Shown: positions 1 to 8,906 of the stretch, one piece after another
Layout of the letters: the number at the start of each line of letters is the position of its first letter
Position numbering within the stretch: the first letter of the stretch is position 1
Virus record (IMG/VR): IMGVR_UViG_3300022696_000117
Location: 1-64,000 of that record
Origin: a virus
Direction: 5' to 3' (one strand)
DNA length: 64,000 nucleotides
Made by a program: the position numbers and the translations under genes
Notes under the pieces: generated by a model
Seen by the model: the letters and a program-made list of their open reading frames with translations, nothing else
Database searches by the model: none
Told to the model about the DNA's origin: nothing

Positions 1-515
1 TTGCGCCGAATCTTCTCTACCTCTCCCTGGGAGAGATCAACCCGAAAGTCCCCGGCGGTCGGGACCGGCTGGATGTCTACCTCGACCCTGTATCTGTCCG
101 GCAGCTCCGTCACGTCAGGATATTCATTCCGATCAAACATCGTGCCGAGGGTCTGTTCGCGGCTCCGGACGAATCTCGGGTACTCGATGCACAGCTCATT
201 GACGAATTTCTTTCGCTCCTGCATCAGGTCACCGAGCCCCTGCATGAAATCGAAATGTATCTTCGCCGGCATTATCCGATAGGCCGAATTCCAGGGCATG
301 CTGTGCTTGTCCCTGAACTTCTTGATCTTGCCGTTTGAGGTTACGATTTTGGCCAGGGCCTCCTTGGGGAGGAGGTTTTTGGTGTACTTCCCGGCGTCCT
401 TGTCTGCCTTGTTGCGCTCGTTGGTCTCCTGGGTGACCGCCTTGTCGACGATCTTCCCGGTCCAGGTAGACATGTGAACCTGAACGAGCATTGCCTTATT
501 GGTGATGTCGGTCAT
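1..515 (-). CDS. DUF3150-like protein, runs off the window edge
   Basis: Hand translation MTDITNKAMLVQVHMSTWTGKIVDKAVTQE...GKYTKNLLPKE...HSMPW...FDRNEYP...PVPTAGDFRVDL; upstream AAGGAG RBS; family usually found near MoxR-type AAA ATPases. Confidence 0.6.
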   Translation of the reverse strand, partial: MTDITNKAMLVQVHMSTWTGKIVDKAVTQETNERNKADKDAGKYTKNLLPKEALAKIVTSNGKIKKFRDKHSMPWNSAYRIMPAKIHFDFMQGLGDLMQERKKFVNELCIEYPRFVRSREQTLGTMFDRNEYPDVTELPDRYRVEVDIQPVPTAGDFRVDLSQGEVEKIRR

Positions 516-537
516 TTTTCTTCTCCTTGGTCTTGGG

Positions 538-843
538 TTATTCTTCCGGGCTTGTGATCAGGCCGTTGTTGATTGCTTTTCTGATAATCTCCCTTCGGTG
601 GACCAACCCATACCGCTTGTCGTCGGCTTCGGACCACCCCGGAAGATCCCTGATGTCAAACATGTGGCTGTCAGAATCAAACATGGCGTCCGGATCTGTC
701 GTGTAGTGGTAGTCCATCCGCTGGCCCTCTTCGTCGTTCTTGTACGTGTGATAAACGCTGGTGTCGTTCTTGTACGTGTGATAAACGCTGGTGCCTGAAA
801 AAACCCAGAACAACTCAGGATCCACCCATTTATAAGGCATCAC
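538..843 (-). CDS. hypothetical protein with an in-frame 10-aa tandem duplication
   Basis: ORF coupled to its neighbour; TSVYHTYKND occurs twice. Confidence 0.7.
   Translation of the reverse strand: MMPYKWVDPELFWVFSGTSVYHTYKNDTSVYHTYKNDEEGQRMDYHYTTDPDAMFDSDSHMFDIRDLPGWSEADDKRYGLVHRREIIRKAINNGLITSPEE
733..792. repeat. perfect 30-bp tandem duplication
   Basis: gtcgttcttgtacgtgtgataaacgctggt at 733-762 and 763-792. Confidence 0.97.
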
Positions 844-1181
844 AACCTCCCTTTCATTTTGAGGGCGACATGCTTGGCCAGAACCTTCTGGCCCTGCTCG
901 CTCTCTTCGTCAATGTTCATCATTTCCAGCCACTGCCGGGGATGTTTCCTCTCGGAGACCCCGAAAATGGAGGCATACAAATACGGACTGTCTTCGTGGA
1001 GCTTCCTGGCAAAGGCCAGGGTCTCCACATGTCGGTAATAAGTGTGCGGGTCCCGGGCGGTCGGCGCCGGGACGTCGCGGAATAGACTCCGATAATAATC
1101 GTGCGGCCTCCAGCGGCCGGCCTGGTCTTTCTTGCCAAGCCGCCGGTGGGCGCCAGGCGGTAGCCGCTGTGGTTGATACAT
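840..1181 (-). CDS. hypothetical protein, C-terminus similar to 1181..1426
   Basis: Ends IDEESEQGQKVLAKHVALKMKG; overlapping start/stop coupling. Confidence 0.7.
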   Translation of the reverse strand: MYQPQRLPPGAHRRLGKKDQAGRWRPHDYYRSLFRDVPAPTARDPHTYYRHVETLAFARKLHEDSPYLYASIFGVSERKHPRQWLEMMNIDEESEQGQKVLAKHVALKMKGRL

Positions 1182-1426
1182 TATCTGCCTCCTTTCATCC
1201 TCCAGGCGACGTGTTGGGCGAGAATCTGTTTCGCTTCTTCGCCCTCCGGGTCTATGCCGGAGGCTTCTATGAAGAGGTTGGGAAACATGAACGGCTCGAC
1301 ATTGGAATACTTGAACAGGTTTCTTGTCACAGTTTTCATGGAGTGGCAGTTCGCGTATTCATTCATGAGGTGATTGGCTGAGACGTGGAACCTTTCAGCC
1401 AACCTCTGGATCAGCTTCCCGGTCAT
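1181..1426 (-). CDS. hypothetical protein, C-terminus similar to 840..1181
   Basis: Ends IDPEGEEAKQILAQHVAWRMKG; ATGA overlap with the AAA gene. Confidence 0.7.
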   Translation of the reverse strand: MTGKLIQRLAERFHVSANHLMNEYANCHSMKTVTRNLFKYSNVEPFMFPNLFIEASGIDPEGEEAKQILAQHVAWRMKGGR

Positions 1427-2445
1427 TCCTGCACCACCACATCCTTGTGTTTCACGGCCCACTCAATGAAGGCCCGGGTGTTAGTGATATCGCCGTTCTT
1501 CGTGACGGCGTCAGTGACCAGCAGGACCGAGAACTCCTCGGGCATGCGGTTGGCGTATCGAACGATTCGCCCGAAATTCTCCTCGTCGGCCTTGTGGCTC
1601 AGGGCACCACACAGAGCATAAAGGACCGGGATGTTTTCGGACTTGGCCATGTCAGGGACCGGCGCATTGTCCGGGTCCATAATGACCTTGTCGACGTTCG
1701 GCAGGTTTCGGTAGACCTTGAGGAAGCTCAGGAACTCAACGGCGAAGCCTTCGCCGGCGGCTCCTTTGTAGACCTCGAATTCCATGCCCTGGGGGACTCC
1801 GCCGTCCATCGACATCAGATCGCCGACGTTGTGGATCGTTCTCGGGCAGGGGCTGTTGACCAGCTCAAAAGTGGGCTGGAAATCGTGGAGTAAATTCGGC
1901 TTGAACCGCATGCAGGCGATCAGCTCTGTGGGGACGCCCTTCTTTAGTGCCCACACCACCCAATCGTTAAGGTCGGGTTCCAGCTCAACGATGGTCTTGA
2001 ACCTCGACTTTACCGGCTCAAGCATTCCGGTCACACCAGCCTTGTGCTGCTTGCGGTTGGTGGCACCGACGAATGCGACGTGTTCGGAGACCTTTTTCCC
2101 GTTGATCTCACGAGCAAGCAACGGCTGCATAAGCGCTTTCTGAACCGCAGGTTCCGCTTGGCCCACATCGTCAAAGAAGAACGCCGTCAGTTCGGATGCC
2201 TCGATCATCGACAGAAGTTCACCGAAGGGAAGGAATTCAGCCTTGCCATCGACAATGGCCGGCAGTCCCTTGTAGTCGGTGGGGTCGCTGATAACCGGGT
2301 GAGAGATGATGACGTTGGCCCCGACTGCTACGGCAGCCTGCTTTACGATGTCGGTCTTCCCGATGCCCGGGGCCCCCGCTACCAGAACGGGGTACTTGGC
2401 TTTGATGGTTGATTCGAGAAACATTTTCAATTGACTCGGTTTCAT
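1423..2445 (-). CDS. MoxR/dynein-related AAA+ ATPase
   Basis: Walker A GAPGIGKT, Walker B FFDD, sensor GATNR, SRF arginine finger, PCPRT. Confidence 0.88.
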   Translation of the reverse strand: MKPSQLKMFLESTIKAKYPVLVAGAPGIGKTDIVKQAAVAVGANVIISHPVISDPTDYKGLPAIVDGKAEFLPFGELLSMIEASELTAFFFDDVGQAEPAVQKALMQPLLAREINGKKVSEHVAFVGATNRKQHKAGVTGMLEPVKSRFKTIVELEPDLNDWVVWALKKGVPTELIACMRFKPNLLHDFQPTFELVNSPCPRTIHNVGDLMSMDGGVPQGMEFEVYKGAAGEGFAVEFLSFLKVYRNLPNVDKVIMDPDNAPVPDMAKSENIPVLYALCGALSHKADEENFGRIVRYANRMPEEFSVLLVTDAVTKNGDITNTRAFIEWAVKHKDVVVQE

Positions 2446-2490
2446 GTAGTCCTCCTTGGCTTTTTGTTTTTGGGTTCCAATTGGGAAAAA

Positions 2491-3021
2491 TCATGCCGCA
2501 GATCCGGCCAGGTCATTCCAAATTTGTTTGAGATGCCACTCTACGGTTTGCTCTTCGTCTTGGATTTGGAGACTTTCGACTGTCAAGCTGCCAGAGTCAA
2601 ATCTGTTATCCACGCAGTCATCATCGACTCCCTGGATAACGAACTCAACTTTTTTGGTATACAGGTTCCTGTGATATTTGACCCACGAATCATATTGGCG
2701 GTGTTCGTAACCATTCAGAAAGTCTGGAAGCGTTTCACTTAAAAGAAAACTGGCATCGTCAATTACATCTACAATTCTGGTTACAACCTCCTCTTCGTCG
2801 CTACCTTCGGCCGATGGGTCTGGATCGACATGGAAAAAGGTTACATAGGGGCCGTAAAAAGCAATTGATATGGGCTCAAGCGCGAACGCCTTCAGGACAT
2901 TCAGGGTCCCGGCTTCACGCCGGAAGTTTTTCATAACCTGCTCAGTAACATTAAACGCTCCCACGTTGGGGGCACCGGCCATTTCCGGGTTGTCAGGCCG
3001 GCAATAAAATATGCACCACAT
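2491..3021 (-). CDS. hypothetical protein
   Basis: 176-aa ORF with GGAGG RBS in a co-directional array. Confidence 0.65.
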   Translation of the reverse strand: MWCIFYCRPDNPEMAGAPNVGAFNVTEQVMKNFRREAGTLNVLKAFALEPISIAFYGPYVTFFHVDPDPSAEGSDEEEVVTRIVDVIDDASFLLSETLPDFLNGYEHRQYDSWVKYHRNLYTKKVEFVIQGVDDDCVDNRFDSGSLTVESLQIQDEEQTVEWHLKQIWNDLAGSAA

Positions 3022-3076
3022 AATCCCTCCCTGGTTCCCGCTTGGGGAAGTTCAGGGCGCAAAAATGGCCCTGGGT

Positions 3077-3637
3077 TTAAATTTTAAAGGGTAACCTGCT
3101 CACTATCTCAGAAGCTGTCTGGTCTCTTCTGATAGGCTCGGTCTTGAATTCGTATAATTCTCCGTTAAGCTCCGCCAGCATCCATCGACACCAGTCGAGC
3201 GTCAGGCCGAAATGGTCCTTGGCATTCACCGAATCCTCCCGTTCGATCATAACTTTTTTCACCTTTGAGTACCAGCCGGCCTGCTCTGCCCGGCCTCTCG
3301 CGTCCAGACGGTCCAGATATAGGATGGCTACGGCATGCTTGAGTTTTTCTATCACCTTCGGCATCTGTTTCAAGATGGCGTGTTCTGCATTTGAAACTGG
3401 ATGGATACGCAGCTCTGCCGAGACCAGGCTCCTGCTGAACTTGAATCTCAGCTTCTCTTTCGGCTCTCCGATAAAGTCCAGCACCCTAATTGTGATATCG
3501 AAATCCCCGAGTGCTCTGCCTTTGGTCAGAGAGACCCAGGTGAAGCTGTTGAGCTTTTGTATCGCCTCCCTGTTCGGAGTGATGCGATGTGCCACGACTA
3601 AGGCTGTGGCTACTTCCTTGACTCTTTGTGGGTTCAT
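3077..3637 (-). CDS. hypothetical protein
   Basis: 186-aa ORF with ATGA overlap. Confidence 0.65.
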   Translation of the reverse strand: MNPQRVKEVATALVVAHRITPNREAIQKLNSFTWVSLTKGRALGDFDITIRVLDFIGEPKEKLRFKFSRSLVSAELRIHPVSNAEHAILKQMPKVIEKLKHAVAILYLDRLDARGRAEQAGWYSKVKKVMIEREDSVNAKDHFGLTLDWCRWMLAELNGELYEFKTEPIRRDQTASEIVSRLPFKI

Positions 3638-4011
3638 TTGAACAATCCTTCCAGTTGTCTGGCGACGTTCTTTGCCAGGGCAGAATCGCTTGGCCAGGCT
3701 ACCATGATGTTTCCGGTAAGAAGATCCCTTGCTCCGTCATGTCGAGCTATGATCAGCATGGCTCGTTCGTGAACATAATAGGAGTGCCGCCGCAGCTTCA
3801 CGATGTATTTGCCGAACATGAATTCTACATAATCATCCGTGCCGGGCGCAGCCTTCATTTCGACCAAGGACGCCACCAGATATTCGGCCAGCTCATCGGC
3901 AGTTTCCACCACGCCATCAAGAACTATCCTCCCCACCGGCAACCCCATCCTGCGCTTGGCGGAGACATGCGCCACCATCTCATCCGGTGAGTTGTAGACC
4001 GGGTCGGTCAT
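3634..4011 (-). CDS. hypothetical protein, paralog family A
   Basis: YNSPDEMVAHV and VETADELAEYL motifs. Confidence 0.65.
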   Translation of the reverse strand: MTDPVYNSPDEMVAHVSAKRRMGLPVGRIVLDGVVETADELAEYLVASLVEMKAAPGTDDYVEFMFGKYIVKLRRHSYYVHERAMLIIARHDGARDLLTGNIMVAWPSDSALAKNVARQLEGLFK

Positions 4012-4307
4012 GAGTCCTCCTTTCCGAACACGTCGCCGAAATGGTTGATTAGGGCCTGGATTGTCCTTTCCCGGGCCTCCTCCAGGGTATGCCCCAACCC
4101 GTATCGCTTATACGTGACCTGGTATCTTGGTGGCCCCAGGTCATTTTTTATGTAAAGATCGAAGTGTATGTATTCGGCTCCGGTCAGCGGCGTAGCATCG
4201 AATTTGATCTCTTTGTACCTGAACCAAGTCTTAACAACCCGCGGCCTCCCGATCCTCCACATCACGATCAGGTGATCGGCCAGCTCTTCAGGGCTTTTGT
4301 AGTTCAT
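4008..4307 (-). CDS. hypothetical protein, paralog family A
   Basis: MNYKSPEELADHL; AGGAGG RBS. Confidence 0.65.
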   Translation of the reverse strand: MNYKSPEELADHLIVMWRIGRPRVVKTWFRYKEIKFDATPLTGAEYIHFDLYIKNDLGPPRYQVTYKRYGLGHTLEEARERTIQALINHFGDVFGKEDS

Positions 4308-4689
4308 GGCGCCTCCTGTTCCTCTGTTCAGACCTGTACCCCCTGGCATATTTGAAAGCCCATGCGATATCCTTCCTTAGCTTCGCGGCCAGCTCGGCAT
4401 GAAGGTCGGCGTTAGGAAGGCTAAACCTGCTGTACCGTTCTAAACTGTTGTGCTCGCCCCAAGTGGACGCCAAAGAGACAGGGGGCTCTTCGAGCCCGAC
4501 AGGCTTTGGTCTCACCAAGAGATCAAAGGATCTACTTATAGGATGGGGATAGCGCTGTAACATTATTACAACATCTCTGAACCTTACATGCACAAGCCCG
4601 CCGTGCGCCTCCGCCTTCCTGGCAGCCAAAAGCAGGTAGATTGCGAGTTCATCCACATTCTTGAATAAGTTCGGCTTCAGTGTCTCCAT
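4288..4689 (-). CDS. hypothetical protein, paralog family A
   Basis: FKNVDELAIYL motif. Confidence 0.6.
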   Translation of the reverse strand: METLKPNLFKNVDELAIYLLLAARKAEAHGGLVHVRFRDVVIMLQRYPHPISRSFDLLVRPKPVGLEEPPVSLASTWGEHNSLERYSRFSLPNADLHAELAAKLRKDIAWAFKYARGYRSEQRNRRRHELQKP

Positions 4690-5230
4690 CTTCTTCCTCC
4701 TCCTCCACGATCACGCCGATATCCACCAGGTAGGCGCGCTCCTCTTTCCACCAATCGTCAATATATTCGGCGGACCCCCTTACTGCCTTGTTCAGAGGCC
4801 GAAGGGCGCCGAGGAAGCGTTCGGCTTCTTTCAGGCCGTCGGAAGCATCGGTAGCATCATCGTCATCCTCTATGGAGTATGCGATAGCCTCCACGTTGAC
4901 GACCTTATCAACGTCGATGGTCGTTGAGTATCCCCGGCCTCGGACTCCATGGTATGAATATCCATCCGGGTAAAACGTGGCGCCCCTACTTCCATCCTGG
5001 TAGATATTCCAGTCGTATCCGTACTCATCCTTGATCCAGTCCTGGATATATTCGATCTCCTGCTCGATGTAATGGTATAAGCTGTTGTAGAAATGCTCCC
5101 ACTCGTCGTCATCCACTTCCGGCCAGAAAGCAGAGTACGATCCATTGTGATATACGTTTCTCCACTCCTCCTCAATCTCCGGGACCAACTCTTCCAGGAT
5201 TTTAAGGCAGGCGATTTGTCTTGCGTTCAT
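4649..5230 (-). CDS. highly acidic, aromatic-rich hypothetical protein
   Basis: 193 aa rich in D/E/Y/W; AAGGAGG RBS. Confidence 0.7.
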   Translation of the reverse strand: MNARQIACLKILEELVPEIEEEWRNVYHNGSYSAFWPEVDDDEWEHFYNSLYHYIEQEIEYIQDWIKDEYGYDWNIYQDGSRGATFYPDGYSYHGVRGRGYSTTIDVDKVVNVEAIAYSIEDDDDATDASDGLKEAERFLGALRPLNKAVRGSAEYIDDWWKEERAYLVDIGVIVEEEEEDGDTEAELIQECG

Positions 5231-5245
5231 GGTTCCTCCTTGGCT

Positions 5246-5530
5246 TCAGCAGAAGATGTATTCAATGGCGCTGTGGACTATATAAACACACGGCTGGCCC
5301 TTGAACTTGGACTTGTGGAAGCTCACCGCATAATCGTCTTTGATGTGGAAGTCGCAGGCTCCGGGCTTGTCCCTTTCGCCACGGTACGAATAGTCCGGGA
5401 ATATCTCTTCCACGTGTGGAGGCTTGACGTATTTTTTGAATGTCTTCCAGGTTATCTCCCGGCTGTTGTCGATCATTTCGTGAAGCGCCTCAACATCCTT
5501 GCATGAGACACAGTTGATTAAATATTTCAT
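5246..5530 (-). CDS. hypothetical phage protein
   Basis: 94-aa ORF with AAGGAGG RBS. Confidence 0.7.
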   Translation of the reverse strand: MKYLINCVSCKDVEALHEMIDNSREITWKTFKKYVKPPHVEEIFPDYSYRGERDKPGACDFHIKDDYAVSFHKSKFKGQPCVYIVHSAIEYIFC

Positions 5531-5728
5531 GGTTCCTCCTTGGCATTTTTCGGTTATAAATCATCACCACACTATGCTTTTAGCCTTTTCGGAGACGTCC
5601 GGCGGTAGCCGGGCGCCTCGGGAAGGGCTAAATCATGAAGCCCAGTCTTTTCTACTTTTTCGACTTTGGGGATATCTTCTGTCTTAAACGTCATTGTGAG
5701 ATGGCATCTGTCGCCCATATTACCTCCA

Positions 5729-5829
5729 GGTTACATCAGGTTACATTTTTACACTGAAAAATGTAACCTATGTTAAGTTAATAACCTCGGGCACTTACGG
5801 CCCGAGGTTACAAAGTTACAAAAGTTACA
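5729..5829. repeat. small GGTTACA/TGTAACC iteron cluster (satellite origin element)
   Basis: Six RGTTACA copies in an intergenic gap; the 21-mer at 5802-5822 is identical to 17945-17965. Confidence 0.8.
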
Positions 5830-5846
5830 AAAATTTTCGTAGATTT

Positions 5847-6170
5847 TTAGTGGAGCAAATCTCCGGCCCCGATCCGAACGAATTTCTCTTTAAGCTCGGG
5901 GTTGAGGCCCGGGTCGATGCCCTTTATGATGAGGTCGGTTTTCATGTCTTTCAGGTAATCGACGAACTCCTCTGCCGATTCGAACTCGGTCAGATTGACG
6001 TCACCCTCTGCGAACTCCACCACCTGAAGGGCTTCCGGGTTGCACCAGCTCCCATAATACCAGGCGTCCTGCCGGGTATCCACCTGCGCCCACCCTTTCT
6101 TGGTTGAGCAGAGGTTGAAGTCGAACTGGTAGCGGTCGCAGTCCGGGATGAACCAGTGTTGGGTTTTCAT
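5847..6170 (-). CDS. hypothetical phage protein
   Basis: 107-aa ORF, DRYQFDF...GWAQVDTRQDAWYYG. Confidence 0.7.
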   Translation of the reverse strand: MKTQHWFIPDCDRYQFDFNLCSTKKGWAQVDTRQDAWYYGSWCNPEALQVVEFAEGDVNLTEFESAEEFVDYLKDMKTDLIIKGIDPGLNPELKEKFVRIGAGDLLH

Positions 6171-6436
6171 GGCGTTTCCACCTCCCTACCAGGGTAATAG
6201 GCTATGGCTTCACCCTTTTCATCGAAATATTTGATGCTCCAGGTCGGGTGACAGTTGTGCTTACCCTTGCCCATCTTCAGGGTGTTGGTGAACTTCACGT
6301 CCAGATTGCAGGATGAATTCATACCGACGATGGTGCCGGGCTCACCGTCCACCTCCACCATCATCCCGAGCCTGGGAAAGGAGAGCCCCCGGCATCGCTG
6401 GATGTCTTCGATAAACTGCTTTTCTTTTTTGGTCAT
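6167..6436 (-). CDS. hypothetical protein (SH3-like pattern)
   Basis: GMMVEVDGEPGTIVG...LDVKF...CHPTW. Confidence 0.65.
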   Translation of the reverse strand: MTKKEKQFIEDIQRCRGLSFPRLGMMVEVDGEPGTIVGMNSSCNLDVKFTNTLKMGKGKHNCHPTWSIKYFDEKGEAIAYYPGREVETP

Positions 6437-6446
6437 GGCGTCTACC

Positions 6447-7598
6447 CTAAACCCGCATCGGCATAACGATCCCCTTGAAGGTCTCGTCGCCGCCGTTTAC
6501 GTGAATGGCATCATCGCTACCCCGACCGAATCCGAGGCAGGTCTTGCCGTTTTTCACGCCGGTCTTGATGGCGTGGATGAGCAGCTCTGCGTCTACGCCG
6601 ATCTCGAACGGTTCGTTCGGGATGCGGCCGTCACATTTGACGTCAGGCTTTTCGAACTCGCCGACGTCGGGGTTTGAGGAACGGAAGTTGATATTCTCCT
6701 CATTGATCGTCATGATCACACCTCGGTATGCTTTGGATCGGACCACAAGAGCCTGTTCCAGGGCCCTTTTCAGGTCGGCGGTGTTTACCTCGACGAAGTC
6801 GGTCCGGCTGAGGTCGTCGACCAGTGAATGGTATGTCGGGAAGTCCGAATCGAACGGCCTGGTGTAGACCGTGATCGGATCGGTGCCGTATTTGGCTCTC
6901 GGCTTGATGCTGAATCGGGACCAGCGCTCATAGGAATGGTCCAGAACCACCGACTCGGCCAGGAGCGCCACCTTTTTCAGGGTGGCCTTTTCGATTAGGA
7001 GCTGATCGTCGGTCAGGATTTCCAGAGGGACCGAATACAGGCAACTCCCGTCGGTGGACACCATTTGATTGTTGGGACCATCGAAATAGCAGGCGTTCGT
7101 GTGGGCCCGGGTGTCTTTCTCTTCTTGATAAAGCCCGGGCGGCATCCACATTTTCAGAACATCCGGCTTGTCGAGGTCCAACATTGTGAAGGTCTGGCCG
7201 ATCTCGGGCACATCCGGGAAGTCTTCGGGCGGCTGGACATGCAGGCCCCTATAGGGGCCGATCGCAAGCGAGACTTCGCGGTACGAGATCGATGTGTCTC
7301 CGATCTCGTCGGGCTTGACGTAGTGAGTCTCGAAATCCAGGCCGAGTTCAATTTCCGGATCTCCGGACTTCTTCAGGATGTCCAGCAGCATCTTCGGGTT
7401 GATGCAGCACCCGTCGTCTGAACCTGTGGCGTCCTTAATTTCTATCGGGACCAAACAGAAATTGGTCATGTCGGACCCGATCACCGCCTCGTGCTTCGCG
7501 GAGATACAGACGCTGTTGGTTACTGCCAGAGAGGTGCTTCCGGCAAACTTCTTGGCGATCTCGACAGCGTTGACGAGATCATTGCGATTGATTCGCAT
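6447..7598 (-). CDS. dnaN: DNA polymerase III beta (sliding clamp)-like protein
   Basis: 383 aa; MRINRNDL start, PEDFP, MVSTDG, FPTY, C-terminal IVMPMRV typical of beta clamps. Confidence 0.85.
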   Translation of the reverse strand: MRINRNDLVNAVEIAKKFAGSTSLAVTNSVCISAKHEAVIGSDMTNFCLVPIEIKDATGSDDGCCINPKMLLDILKKSGDPEIELGLDFETHYVKPDEIGDTSISYREVSLAIGPYRGLHVQPPEDFPDVPEIGQTFTMLDLDKPDVLKMWMPPGLYQEEKDTRAHTNACYFDGPNNQMVSTDGSCLYSVPLEILTDDQLLIEKATLKKVALLAESVVLDHSYERWSRFSIKPRAKYGTDPITVYTRPFDSDFPTYHSLVDDLSRTDFVEVNTADLKRALEQALVVRSKAYRGVIMTINEENINFRSSNPDVGEFEKPDVKCDGRIPNEPFEIGVDAELLIHAIKTGVKNGKTCLGFGRGSDDAIHVNGGDETFKGIVMPMRV

Positions 7599-7890
7599 GG
7601 GCTACTCCTTTTGTTTTTTGGGTTATTTTGGATCAGGGTTAAACAGGGTAGGGGGAAGAACCTTCGGAGCACAGCTTCAGAGGGAGTTAGCGGGGGCCAG
7701 GGCGACGGCCCCCGCAGCCAAGGAGCACAGCAGTTCGAGGTGAAGGTTCGCCCTCGTGAGCCCCGATTCGAGATCGAGGCTCAAGGCGGCGAGCCTTTGC
7801 GGGTTGAAATAAAAAGCCCCCGGGAGACAGCCCCCCAGGGGCCGGGCACCCAGGTAAACCGAATTGAAACCTGGGCGCCCTGTGATTGGT

Positions 7891-7980
7891 TCAGGGTAGA
7901 AAGTAGCTGATGGCCATGCTTATCACGATGATGGCCAGGGCGATCTTTGTATGGTACGGATCGTCGTTGTGCTTACTCAT
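7891..7980 (-). CDS. 29-aa single-transmembrane peptide (absent from the ORF track)
   Basis: MSKHNDDPYHTKIALAIIVISMAISYFLP*, with GGAGG upstream. Confidence 0.5.
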   Translation of the reverse strand: MSKHNDDPYHTKIALAIIVISMAISYFLP

Positions 7981-8125
7981 CGTTCAAATTTTCCTCCTTT
8001 GGTTTTGGGTTGGTATTTTCAGGTTTTCACGGAACTCCATTGTGATTGGGCCGATGCGCTCCTCCCAGGCGCAGAGCGGCTCGATCGGGGGTGGGGTGTG
8101 GGAGATTGGTTAAGTTTTTGAGTAT

Positions 8126-8410
8126 TTACCGAAGCCAATTGGGCAGGCCCTTTAGGTCCTCGGGCTCCACCTCTTTGTATTCGGCTTCATAGACTGGGGT
8201 GCCGTTGGCTTCGGCGTATTCGCGGACTGCCTTGCCGGCAGGGGTGTACTTGGGCGGCTTCCATCCAGAGCAATGGTCGTATTCGTCGCATCCGTGCTGG
8301 TCCTGGTCCACATCTCTCGGGTCGAGCAATTCACCGTTCGGCCCGCGGAGACACTTTTTGAAGGTGTTGTAGTAGCAGTTCGTACAGTTTCTTTCGGGTA
8401 CGTGAGACAT
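8126..8410 (-). CDS. Cys-rich hypothetical protein
   Basis: CTNC...C motif; AAGGAGG RBS. Confidence 0.65.
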   Translation of the reverse strand: MSHVPERNCTNCYYNTFKKCLRGPNGELLDPRDVDQDQHGCDEYDHCSGWKPPKYTPAGKAVREYAEANGTPVYEAEYKEVEPEDLKGLPNWLR

Positions 8411-8456
8411 AAAGCCTCCTTGCCCCGTCGTGGGAACCGGGGCGGTGGTGGGTGGG

Positions 8457-8714
8457 TTATGGTTTGTTTTTGGGCTTGACCTCTACGATATCGGCCACGT
8501 TGCCGTCCCTGTTTCTGACCTTCAGAACGCAATAGCCGTAGTAGTTAGCGGCAGCGATATAAAAAGCCTGCCCGGTGGCCATAGCCTCTTCGAAATCAGC
8601 GTAGACAGACTTCCTGTCGAGCGAGACGAACTCGGGGGAAAGGCCGATATACCCCGAATCCGAATGAGAGCATATTTCGTCTATCTTCTCTTCAGAAGCG
8701 AATGTTCTCTTCAT
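8457..8714 (-). CDS. hypothetical protein
   Basis: ORF with GAGGAGG RBS. Confidence 0.65.
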   Translation of the reverse strand: MKRTFASEEKIDEICSHSDSGYIGLSPEFVSLDRKSVYADFEEAMATGQAFYIAAANYYGYCVLKVRNRDGNVADIVEVKPKNKP

Positions 8715-8723
8715 AAACCCTCC

Positions 8724-8906
8724 TCAGCAATGTTGCGGATATTTTGCGACGATGATCTCGTAGACCTCCGGTCGCCAGTCCCGGACCAACGATAACAGCC
8801 GGGGCCGGTCGTCGATGTTCACCTTCCGAAGGAAGTCTATGGCGATTGCGTTTGCGACCGGCTCGGGTGGGCCGGTCGCGTATGCGGGGTGGGTGAGAAA
8901 ATCCAT
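8724..8906 (-). CDS. hypothetical protein
   Basis: Start overlaps the ParB stop. Confidence 0.55.
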   Translation of the reverse strand: MDFLTHPAYATGPPEPVANAIAIDFLRKVNIDDRPRLLSLVRDWRPEVYEIIVAKYPQHC

